From Anaeramoeba ignava BMAN (taxonomy: Eukaryota; Protista; Anaeramoebae), in assembly GCA_028826165.1 (NCBI GenBank), contig JAPDFW010000089.1:124001-188000 (forward strand): a stretch of DNA of 64,000 bases, read 5' to 3'. The position numbers and the translations under genes were made by a program. The notes beneath the pieces are model-generated. The model ran no database searches. It saw only the letters and a program-made list of their open reading frames with translations, and had not been told where the DNA came from. Below are positions 49,944 through 61,696 of this stretch, piece by piece; within the stretch, counting starts at the first letter, position 1, and each line of letters begins with the position of its first letter.

Positions 49944-51239
49944 TCAAATTAAAATATCGATTATTAAAATTGATGTAAAAAACATCAATGAAATATCTGA
50001 AAAAAATGAAAAGATAAATCTGTATATTTTTGGTGAATTCATTACAATTTGAAAAATTAATTGATATCTTGGAAGTTTCAATTCAATTTTTCTTGAGTTT
50101 TTTTTCTTATTAAAATAAGATAAAGTGAAAAATAGGACAAGACGAGCAAATATAAAAAATAGAAATTGAGAGACAATTCTTTTATCTTTTGGATAAATTA
50201 TTTGAAGTAATCCAATTATAATACCAAATCCAAAAGAAGATCCACGACAAAGAGCTAAAATATCTTTTTGAGTGAGTATTTTTGGTTGTTTGATTTCATT
50301 TTCAATTTGATTTTGATTTCTATTTTCATTTTGATTTTCATTTTCAATTTGATTTTCAATTTGATTTTCAATTTGATTTTGATTTTGATTTTCATTTTTA
50401 TTTTGATTTTCATTTTGATTTTCAATTTGATTTTGATTTTGATTTTTATTTTGATTTTCATTTTGATTTTGATTTTGATTTTCATTTTTATTTTCATTTT
50501 GATTTTGATTTTTATTTTGATTTTGATTTTGATTTTCATTTTCATTTTCATTTTCATTTTCATTTTCATTTTCATTTTCATTTTCAATTTTATTTTGATT
50601 TTCAATTTTATTTTTATTTTCATTTTCATTTTGATTTTCATTTTGATTTTCATTTTGATTTTCAATTTTATTTTGATTTTGATTTTGATTTTGATTTTGA
50701 TTTTGATTTTCATTTTCATTTTGATTTTGATTTTGATTTTGATTTTGATTTTGATTTTCATTTTCATTTTCAATTTGATTTTCATTTTCATTTTCATCTT
50801 GATTTTGATTTAAATGTCTTTTTAAATTGTCATCACTATTTTCACTCCATAAATTACTTTTAAATTCATCAATGCGATCATTACCAAAACGAAAATTAAA
50901 CCCCAAATCTGAGTTTGTTTCATTTTTTTTAGTTTCATTTTTTTTAGTTTCATCTTTTTTAGTTTCATCTTTTTTAGTTTCATCTTTTTTAGTTTTTATA
51001 TCCGAAGAAAATAAATTTTTACTCAAAAGTTTTTCTTTTGTTTGATCATTTTGATTTTCAGAAAAACTGATTTTTGTTTCGAAATTTATTTCATTTTGTT
51101 TTTCATTTTGTTTTTCGTTTTGTTTTTGTTGTTGTTGTGGTTGTTGTTGTTGAAAGGGTTTATTTGCTTGTCTTTTTCTTAACAAAAATTGCATTCTTTC
51201 CTTTCTACTTTTTAAGATATTTTCATTAATATCATTCAT
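49944..51239 (-). CDS. Get2/CAML-like membrane protein with long NQ/NE linker
   Basis: Basic N-terminus (KSRKERMQFLLRKR), a disordered middle and C-terminal TM helices ending FFSDISLMFFTSIL. Confidence 0.4.
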   Translation of the reverse strand: MNDINENILKSRKERMQFLLRKRQANKPFQQQQPQQQQKQNEKQNEKQNEINFETKISFSENQNDQTKEKLLSKNLFSSDIKTKKDETKKDETKKDETKKNETKKNETNSDLGFNFRFGNDRIDEFKSNLWSENSDDNLKRHLNQNQDENENENQIENENENQNQNQNQNQNQNENENQNQNQNQNQNQNKIENQNENQNENQNENENKNKIENQNKIENENENENENENENENENQNQNQNKNQNQNENKNENQNQNQNENQNKNQNQNQIENQNENQNKNENQNQNQIENQIENQIENENQNENRNQNQIENEIKQPKILTQKDILALCRGSSFGFGIIIGLLQIIYPKDKRIVSQFLFFIFARLVLFFTLSYFNKKKNSRKIELKLPRYQLIFQIVMNSPKIYRFIFSFFSDISLMFFTSILIIDILI

Positions 51240-51367
51240 TTTTAAACAAAATTAAAAAAATTTTTTAAAAAAAAAAAATGAAAAATTGAAAATTAAAAAA
51301 TTTTGAATAATTTTGATTCATTTTTTTTTTTCCTTTTTATTCTTTTTATTTTTTTATGATTTAAATA

Positions 51368-53353
51368 ATGGAAAAAGAAAAGGAAAAATTAAAAGAAAAA
51401 ACTTTATCAAATATTTTTAAAGCAACTCAAGAAAATGAAGCATCAAAATTAATTGAAATTTTAAATTCAGGACAAAATCCAAATCAAACTGATATTTATG
51501 GTTTATATTTTTGAAAATATTTAATTCAAAAAGCAATTTTTCATTTTCAATTTGATTTTCAATTTGATTTTCAGGATTTACACCTTTACATTATTGTACC
51601 ATTTTTGATAATTTTAGAGGAGCAAAAATCCTTATTCAAAAAGGAGCTTTAGTTGATTTAACTGGAGGAGAATTAAATTACACACCACTTCATATTGCAT
51701 CTATTGTAGGATCTTCAATAGTTGCTCAATTATTGATTAAAAATGGAGCAGATCCAAATAAAAAGGATTCTCAAGGATTTTCTCCAATTCATCTCGCAGC
51801 TCAAAATAATCATCATTTATTTTGTCATATATTAATTTCTAATGGGGTTTCATTTAATGAAGTTGATAATCAATCAAGAACTGGTGTGTTTCCAAATTTT
51901 AAAATTCATTTTGAAATTTTAAATTCATTTTGAAATTTAAATTAAAATAGCTCTTCATTGGGCCGTACTTAAAAATCATATTCGTGTAGCACGCTATTTT
52001 ATATATAATCATGCTGATATAAGTATTCAAGATAATGATGGATGCACTCCACTTCATTGGGCAATTCTCCTTCATAGACCCGAAATAACTAAAATACTTT
52101 TAAAAAATAAAAGTGATCTTAGAATTAAAGATCATTATAATTCTACACCAAGAGATTGCGCATTAGAAACTCAAAATTTTAAAACAATAATGCTAATTGA
52201 TCATATCCAAAAAATTAAAAAGCAAAAATATAAAATTTTTTCACCAAAACAGCTTTCACTTCTTGGATTTACTTTATTCTTTTTTGCTATTATTTCTTTC
52301 TTATCAATTTTTCCTCTTTTTCTTAATTTGTTAATAATTCCTTTATTTACTAAAATGTATTTTCGCTTTTTTGATCCAATATTGAAAGTATCTGAAGTAG
52401 ATTATTCATCTTTTGCAACATCAGCTTCATTTTTAGTTCTTTTTTTATCAACTTCAATTTTCCGAATCATTCCAAATATCCTTTATCAAAATAAATCAAA
52501 AAAAAAAATTATAATATATAATAATAATAATAATAATTAAAATTAAAACTAAATATTCCTTGACGTTATTATCATTATACAATGCTTTTCTCATTATCCA
52601 AAAATAGTCTTTATATTCCTCATTTCTGTAGCAATTCTCATCTACAAATTTCTCATAACATCACTTAGAGATCCTGGCAAAATTCCTCAAAAAATAATCA
52701 ATCCAGAAGAATTAATCCAAGAAGAAAATCCGTTATTAAAATATCACAGTTCATTTCTTGAAAAGAATTTTTGTGAAACATGTCGAATTTTTCAACCATT
52801 ACGTTCCAAACACGATTCAACACTACAAAGATGCATATCAAGATATGATCATTTTTGCTCATGGACATCAAATGCAGTTGGAGAAAAAAACCACTCAACA
52901 TTTCTTTCTTTCATCTCTTTTTCCATCATTTCATTCGTTTTCTATTTTATTCTTAGTTTGCTATTTTTATTGAATAACCATCAAATAACTCAATCTTCTT
53001 TTGAATTTTTCCATTTTCTTTATCTTTCGTATTTTTATCAACCTTGGATTTTCTTCCTTTCCATTTTTAGTCTTGTTCTTTTGATTTGGATTATTTTCTT
53101 GTTTATCGAACAATTTCTTAATATTTCAAATAATATCACTTTGAATGAAAGGATTAATCAAGTCCGTTATATTCATTTTTGGAAAAATCAAAGACAACAT
53201 AATCCTTTTGATCTTGGTTCCATTTATAAAAATATTCTTCAATTTTTTAAATTAAATTATTCCGTTGATTGGTCAAAAATTTTTTGGTTTGATGATTTAA
53301 AATATGGTGATTGTCAACATTTAAAATCTTTTTTAATAGATGAATCTAATTAA
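51368..53353 (+). CDS. Ankyrin-repeat DHHC-type palmitoyltransferase (Akr1/ZDHHC17-like), DHFC variant
   Basis: Ankyrin repeats (TPLHY, TPLHI, SPIHL, TPLHW), TM segments, DPG, CETC...RSKH...RYDHFCSWTSNAVGEKNH, NITLNE and NPFDLG. Confidence 0.9.
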
Positions 53354-53537
53354 AATAAAATTAAAACTTTAAAAAATATTTTTTTGCTTTTTTTTGTTTT
53401 TTTTTTTATTGATTTTTGATCCACATTTTCAATGTCAACTTTTTTCTTTTTTTTTTTTTTTTTTTTTGACAAACAAAAAAGAAATTATTTTTTTTTTTTG
53501 ATCAATTTTTCATTCAACAAAAACTTTTTTTTTTGTA

Positions 53538-54881
53538 TTAAAGAAAGTATTCTGGAGGTCTTTCTGATAAAACTTTTTCTGCTCCAGGAGATGTTTCAAA
53601 TTGAATACTAAAAACAAAAAACAGAAAAAACATTTTTTAAATTCAAATTTTTTTAAATTTTAATTTAATTAATTTTTTTACTATTTTCTGTTTAAAGAAT
53701 CATCAACTTCCATAATTGCACCTTTATTTTCACATCTCATACAATAATTTGGTGCTGAAAATAAAGTTACAACATTTCCATCATGATTAACACTATAACC
53801 CTAAATTATAAATTTAAATCATAATTTAATCAAAATTAAAATGAAAATTAAAATGAAAATGAAAATGAAAATAAAAATAATAAATTGAAAATAAAATAAA
53901 TTTCAAAATCGGATAAATAAATTTTACCGATTTGAGATTGAAATTATTTTCCAATTATTAAACTAATTTCATTTTCATTTTTAGAATTGTTTTTCAAATA
54001 ATTACTTCCATAACAAGTTGATGAGCACGCACAGTTAAGGAAAGTCCATTTTTTTTATTAAATTTAAGAGAAACATCTTTTCCAAAATTATAACCAGCTC
54101 CTCTAGCAGAATCACTAAATCCAACAACTGTTTCATGTGGATCACTCCACATAAGATCACACATTGGCCCTTGTGTAGGGATTTCTGTGAATCTATCAAG
54201 TCTTGAAATTTGATCGATTGTTTCGATTGAGGGAGATAATCCTCCATGAATACAAAATATCTTTTTGTAATTTTTTGGAAAATAAATATAAATATAATAA
54301 TAAAAATAAAAATAAAAATCTTCCAACCTTTTCATTTATCAAAGCGCCAACAGGAAGATAATCAAATAAATCTGTTAGCATTTTCCAAACATTTGCATTT
54401 CCATATTTTTTAATGCATTCATCATAAAATCCATAAACTTGGGTTATTGGGCGAGATTCATGATTACCCCTCAAAAGTGTAATTCTACTTGGGTATCGGG
54501 CTAACAAAAAAGAGATAATAAAATTATTAAAATTAAAATTAAAATTAAAATTGAAATTAAAATACCTTTCAAAGCAAATAAACAAACAACAGTTTCAATA
54601 GAATATAAGCCACGATCAACATAATCGCCCATAAATAAAAAATTTGTATCAGGACAAGTCCCAGCAATACTAAACAATTCTAAAAGATCAGGGAATTGAC
54701 CATGTATATCTCCACAAACTGTTACAGGACTTTCTATTGAAACTACATTTGGTTCTTTAAGAAGAAGTTCTTGGACTTTCATACATAATTGTTTAACTTC
54801 ATTTTCAGGAAGTGGTTGATAAGTAAGAATTTGTTCAATTTGATGGTCAAGGGTATTTAAAAAATCTTGTGGGTCAGTCAT
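53538..54881 (-). CDS. PP2A/PP4/PP6-family Ser/Thr phosphatase catalytic subunit (multi-exon)
   Basis: GDIHGQ, GDYVDRG, RGNHE, HGGLSP, RAHQL, SAPNYC and C-terminal PEYFL. Confidence 0.95.
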
Positions 54882-55139
54882 TTTAATTTTTAAATTTTAA
54901 TTTTTAAAAAGAAGAGAAAAAGAAGAAAATGAAAAAAAAAATGAAAAAAAAAATTAAAAAAAGATAAAAAGTGATTAAATTTATTTTTGGGATTTCTTTT
55001 TTAATAGCAATTTTTTAAACAAAACAAAGAAAAAACAAAACAAAAAAAAAAGGAAAAAAAAAGATCAATTAAAAAAGAAAAAAGAAAAAATTTTTCAAAT
55101 CCAAATTCAAATTCAAATTCAAATTTTAAATTTTAAATT

Positions 55140-58100
55140 TTAAATTAAAAGATCAAAAATGTTTAAAAAAAGTAACATCTTGAAATTCATCAGTAACTCC
55201 TTCAGGTGTACCTTTTATCCAAGGATGTTCCAATATATCTTTTGCAGTAAGACGATATTCAGGATCAGCAACCAAAATTCTTCTAATCAAATTAATAGCT
55301 AAAATAAAAATAATTTAAAAATAAAATTTAAAAATAAAAATCTAAAATAAAAATTTAAAAATCTAAAATAAAAATACCAGCAATAGAAACTTTTGGAGAA
55401 TTTGGAATAACATAATCCATATCTAATATTTGATTTGGTAAAGATTTTTCTTTTCTTTCTTCAGAAAAAGGTAATTTTCCAAACAATCTTCAAATAAAAA
55501 TAAATTAAAAATTAAAATGCAAATTCAAATTAAAATTATAAATTAAAATTACAAGAAAAAAAGAATAATTCCACAAGACCAAATATCACAAGATTTTCCA
55601 TAACCACCACGACCAGCTTTTCTAATAACTTCAGGTGCTAAATAATGAAAAGTTCCAAGAAAAGTATTCATTTTTTGACTTTGTTGAATAATTTTTCCAA
55701 ATCCAAAATCAGTAATTTTAATTTTTGTATCATCAGTAGGAGAAACAAGAAGAATATTTTCAGGCTTTAAAAGTAAATTTAAAAATAAATTTCAAAATAA
55801 ATTTCAAAATATATTTAAAATAAATTTCAATATAAATTTCAATATAAGTTTAAATATAAATTTGAAAATAAATTTCAATATAAATTTCAAATATAAATTT
55901 CAATAAATTCAATTTCAAAATATAAATTTCAAAATAAATTTCAATATAAAAAATAAATTTCAAAATATAAATTTCAAATTTTAAATATAAATTTCAAAAT
56001 ATAAATTTAAATATAAATTTAAATATAAATTTCAATATAAATTTCAAAATAAATTTCAATACTTAAATTTAAAAATAAATTTCAAAATAAATTTAAAAAT
56101 AAATTTAAATATAAATTTTAAATATAAATTTCAATATAAATTTCAATATAAATTTCAATATAAATTTCAAAATAAATTTCAATATAAATTTAAATTTCAA
56201 ATATAAATTTCAATATAAATTTCAATATAAATTTCAATATAAATTTCAATATAAATTTCAATATAAATTTCAAAATAAATTTCAATTTAAATTTCAAAAT
56301 AAATTTTAAAATATAAATTTCAAAAAATAAATTTCAAAATAAATTTAAATATAAATTTAAAAGTAAATTTAAATATAAATTTAAAATATAAATTTCAATA
56401 TAAATTTAAAATATAAATTTAAATAAATTTCAATATAAATTTAAATATAAATTTCAATACAAAATATAAATTTGAATATAAATTTAAAAATAAATTTAAA
56501 TATAAATTTAAATATAAATTTCAATATAAGTTTAAATATAAATTTAAATATAAGTTTAAAATAAATTTCAAAATATAAATTTAAAAATAAATTTCCAAAA
56601 TAAATTTTAAAATATAAATTTAAAAATAAATTTTAAATTTAAATATAAATTTGAATATAAATTTCAAAATAAATTTCAATATAAATTTGAATATAAATTT
56701 GAATATAAGTTTAAAAATTAAATTTATATAATTTAAATATAAATTTCAATATAAATTTGAATATAAATTTAAATATAAATTTGAATATAAGTTAAAAAAG
56801 TAAATTTAAAAGTAAATTTGAATATAAATTTAAAAGTAAATTTAAATATAAGTTTAAATATAAATTTAAATATAAATTTCAATATAAATTTAAATATAAA
56901 TTTGAATATAAATTTGAAAATAAATTTAAAAATAAATTTAAAAATAAATTTAAATATAAGTTTAAATATAAATTTTTAAATTTAAATATAAATTTAAAAT
57001 AAATTAAATATCAAAATATAAATTTCAATATAAATTTCAATATAAATTTCAATATAAATTTAAATATAAATTTCAAAATAAATTTCAATATAAATTTAAA
57101 TATAAATATAAATTTGAATATAAGTTTCAATAAAAATATAAATTTGAATATAAATTTCAATATAAGTTTAAAATATAAATTTAAGTAAAATTTCAAGTAA
57201 GTTTAAAAGTAAATTTAAATATAAGTTTAAAATGCTAAATTTAAAAGTAGATTTAAAATAAATTTAAATATAAGTTTAAAAATAAATTTGAAAGTAAATT
57301 TGAAAGTAAATTTAAAAGTAAATTTAAATATAAATTTGAATATAAGTTTAAAAGTAAATTTAAAAGTAGATTTAAATATAAAGTTAGAAATAAATTTTTT
57401 TTTAATTATAAAAAATACTTTTAAATCTCTATGTGCAATATTTCGTGAATGAAGATAATCAATTGCTGTAATTAATTGTTGAAATATAATTCGAGAATCC
57501 TCTTCTGAATATTGTCCTTTTAAACCAATTTTTTTTAATAAATCACCACCAGCACAACTAATTTAAATTTAAAAATTATATGTAAAATTTCTTTGTAAAT
57601 TTTATTATTAAATTATAGTTCATTTTTTACTATTCAAGAACAATAAAGAAAAGTTTTGGTGTTTCAAAAACATCTCTAATAGAAATTATATTTTGATGAC
57701 GAATTCTTTTCAGAACATTAACTTCATCCATTATTTTATCTCTTCCTGGTCTTTGTGGCTTTTATTTTTTAAAAATTTCCATTTTAAAAGTTTTTTTTTT
57801 AATTAAAATAAATTTTTGAAATTTCAAGTTTTTAAATATTTTACAAATTTGGATTTATCAATAATTTTAACTGCATATCTTTTCTGTGTTTCTTTTTCAA
57901 TACAAACTTTAACAATAGCATAATGCCCTCTAAAAAATAAATTGATTTGAATTTGATGTTTTTAATTTAAAAATTATGTATTTTTTCAAATTTTTTAGCT
58001 TTTTAAAATTCAATTAACAAATTACTTTCCAATAACATTAATTATTTCGTATTGTTCGTAAAATTTAATCTATTTTAATTAAGGAAATATATTTAAAATC

Positions 58101-59484
58101 AAGAAAAAATTTAAAATTAAGAAAAAATTTAAAAATTAATACACAATCTTGATGATCTGGCGGTAAAATAGCATAATCTCTAAATTTAAATGCAATAACA
58201 TCTAAATTTAAAATTAAATTATAATTTAGTTATTTAAATTTTTGAATTAATAAATAAATAAAAATTACCATCACAATTTGAAGAATTTGTTCTTGGAGAT
58301 ACTAATGAAACTTCATCAGAATGTAATAGATAAATTTTATTTCCTTTTCCAATTAACTAAATAAAAATAAAAATTAAAATTAAAATTAAAATTAAAATTA
58401 AAATTAAAATTAAAATTAAAATTAAAATTAAAATTAAAATTAAAATTAAAATTAAAATTAAAATTAAAATTAAAATTAAAATTAAAATTAAAATTAAAAT
58501 TAAAATTAAAATTAAAATTAAATTAAAATTAAAATTAAAATTAAAATTAAATTTAAAATTAAAATTAAAATTAAAATTAAAATTAAAATACATCTCGATT
58601 AACATAAGTTCCATTTGAGGAAAAATCTTGAAGAACAATATGATAAGGATGAGGAGAAGAAGATTCATCAATGATTCTGAACAAAGCACAATGAATATTA
58701 CTAATTGTTAAATCATTAATAACATATGTACAGTCTGGACTTCTTCCAAAAGTTACTACAATTTAAATAAATAATTTAATAAATAATTAAATAGATAATT
58801 TAATAAATAATTTAATAAATAAATTAATAAATAAATTAATAAATAAATTAATAAATAAATTAATAAATAAATTAATAAATAAATTAATAAATAAATTAAT
58901 AAATAAATTAATAAATAAATTAATAAATAAATTAATAAATAAATAATTTAAATAATTTAATAAATAATTTAATAAATAATTTAATAGATAATTTAATAAA
59001 TAATTTAATAAATAAATAAATAAATAAATTAATAAATAAATTAATAAATAATTTAATAAATAATTTAATAAATAAATTAATAAATAAATAAATTAATAAA
59101 TAAATTAATAAATAAATTAATAAATTAATAAATAATTTAATAAATAATTTAATAAATAAATTAATAAATAAATAAATTAATAAATAAATTAATAAATAAA
59201 TTAATAAATAAATTAATAAATAAATTAATAAATAATTTAATAATTTATTTAATAATTTATTTAATAAATAAATAAATAAATAATTTAATAAATTTTTTAC
59301 TTGGTCGGTTTCCAATAAGATCAATACTAGGCATATTAGAACATAAAGAGACAAAAGATCCCCAATTTTCTGTTGTTTCAGGTATTTTTATTTCAGCTTC
59401 TGTGTCTTCATCTTGTTCAATATCATCATCATCTTCATTAGAAATAATCATCATATCATCAGATTCAATAGAATAACTTTCCAT
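55140..59484 (-). CDS. FHA-domain Ser/Thr kinase (Chk2/Cds1/Dun1-like; many exons)
   Basis: FHA motifs (FGR, S..HC) followed by a kinase domain with G.GHYAIVK, YAVKII, AHRDLK|PEN, DFG, YLAPE, DIWSCG and HPW. Confidence 0.88.
55765..57390. repeat. Intronic ~12-bp array (ATAAATTTCAAT-like), ~1.6 kb, in the kinase gene
   Basis: Direct inspection; the array lies between the HRDLK and PEN exons. Confidence 0.85.
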
Positions 59485-59807
59485 TTTTATTTTATTTATT
59501 TTTATATTTTATTTTATTTATAATTTATTGTATTTTATTGTTTTGTATTGTATTGTTTTGCTTTTATAAAAGGGGAAAAAAGCAAATAAAATAATAAAAA
59601 GAAATAATAAAAAGAAATTATAAAAAGAATAAAGAAAAAGAAAAAGAAAAAAAATGATTTCTCAAAATTAAAAAAATAAACAAAAAAAAACAAAAATAAA
59701 TGACGTTTAATTAACTAATAAAAAGAAAAAAAATTAAAAAAATAATTTTTCATTTTTTTTCTTCTTTTTTTCTTCTTTTTTTCTTCTTTTTATTTTTATT
59801 TTTATTA

Positions 59808-61615
59808 ATGGGAAATTCAAAAGCAACTTTAGTTTCAATTACAACAGAAAAAAGACATAAAGAATATTTATCAATGGTTTCAACTTCATCAGAAGCCATT
59901 TTAATAATTGATTCAAATAAAAATTTAATTGAAATAAATAATCATGGACTTTCTTTATTTCATTCAAATTCAAAAACCCAAATTCAACAACAAATACAAA
60001 CTTGGGCTACAGAATCTCAACCCCATTTAAATGGACAAAGTGAAAATTTAATTAAAACTATTTGTGAACAAATTATTCAGTATTTATTATTTTATTTTAT
60101 AAATTCATATTTATTTTTTAAACAAATTTTCTTTTTATTTTTGTATTATAAATTTTGAAGATCTAAAAGTGTTTTTTATGAAACTGATTGGAAATTTGTT
60201 GATACACATCAAAACCCTTTTTGGGTTCATTTTTGGGTTTGTATTCCAAGGAATTTACAATTTAAAAATTTATTTAAAAATTTATTTAATAATTTATTTA
60301 ATAATTTATTTAATAATTTATTTAATAATTAATTTAAAAATTTATTTAATAATTAATTTAAAAATTTATTTAATAATTTATTTAATAATTTATTTAATAA
60401 TTTATTTAATAATTTATTTAATAATTTATTTAAAAATTTATTTAAAAATTTATTTAATAATTTATTTAATAATTAATTTAATAATTTACTTAATAATTTA
60501 TTTAATAATTTATTTAATAATTTATTTAATAATTTATTTAATAATTTATTTAATAATTTATTTAATAATTTATTTAATAATTTATTTAATAATTTATTTA
60601 ATAATTTATTTAATAATTTATTTAATAATTTATTTAATAATTTATTTAATAATTTATTTATAAATTTATTTAATAATTTATTTAAAAATTTATTTAATAA
60701 TTTATTTAAAAATTTATTTAATAATTTATTTAATAATTTATTTATTTAATAATTTATTTAATAATTTATTTAATAATTTATTTAATAATTTATTTAATAA
60801 TTTATTTAATAATTTATTTAATAATAATTTATTTAATAATTTATTTAATAATTTAATAATTTATTTAAAAATTTATTTATTAATTTATTTAATAATTTAT
60901 TTAAAAATTTATTTAATAATTTATTTAAAAATTTATTTAATAATTTATTTAATAATTTATTTAATAATTTATTTACAGATTTATTTAATAATTTATTTAA
61001 TAATTTATTTAAAAATTTATTTAATAATTTATTTAATAATTTATTTAATAATTTATTTAAAAATTTATTTAAAAATTTATTTAATAATTAATTTAATAAT
61101 TTATTTAATAATTTATTTAATAATTTATTTAATAATTTATTTAATAATTTATTTAATAATTTATTTAATAATTTATTTAATAATTTATTTAATAATTTAT
61201 TTAATAATTTATTTAATAATTTATTTAATAATTTATTTAATAATTTATTTAAAAATTGATTTAATAATTTATTTAATAATTTATTTAATAATTTATTTAA
61301 AAATTTATTTAATAATTTATTTAATAATTTATTTAATAATTTATTTAAAAATTTATTTAATAATTTATTTAAAAATTTATTTAATAATTTATTTAATAAT
61401 TTATTTAATAATTTATTTATTAATTTATTTAATAATTAGTTAACACCCTTTCTACTTTTTGATTCATTTACACTCCAATTTGTTATTCGCAAAATTGAAG
61501 ATCCACAAGAAAATCTTGATCAATTACATCAATTTACAGATGGAGGACCAGATAGTAGCCTTATTCTATTTCAAAATCCTAAATTATTTAAGAAAAAATC
61601 ATATCCATTTAGTTT
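59808..61615 (+). CDS. N-myristoylation-type PAS-domain region (exons 59808-60079, 60161-60236, 61440-61615), probably the 5' part of the SCAI gene
   Basis: MGNSKA start; EAILIIDSNKNLIEIN..GLSLF and W.FV......FWVHFW|LTPF...FVIRKI match the PAS beta-strand pattern. Confidence 0.65.
60259..61437. repeat. Intronic 12-bp array (AATTTATTTAAT)n, ~1.2 kb
   Basis: Direct inspection; a reverse-complement-like array lies at 58760-59297. Confidence 0.9.
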
Positions 61616-61696
61616 GTATGAAATCAAAATTTGAAAATAAAAAATGAAAATGAAAATTATAATAAATTATTTAAGAAAATAAATTAAAAAATAAAG

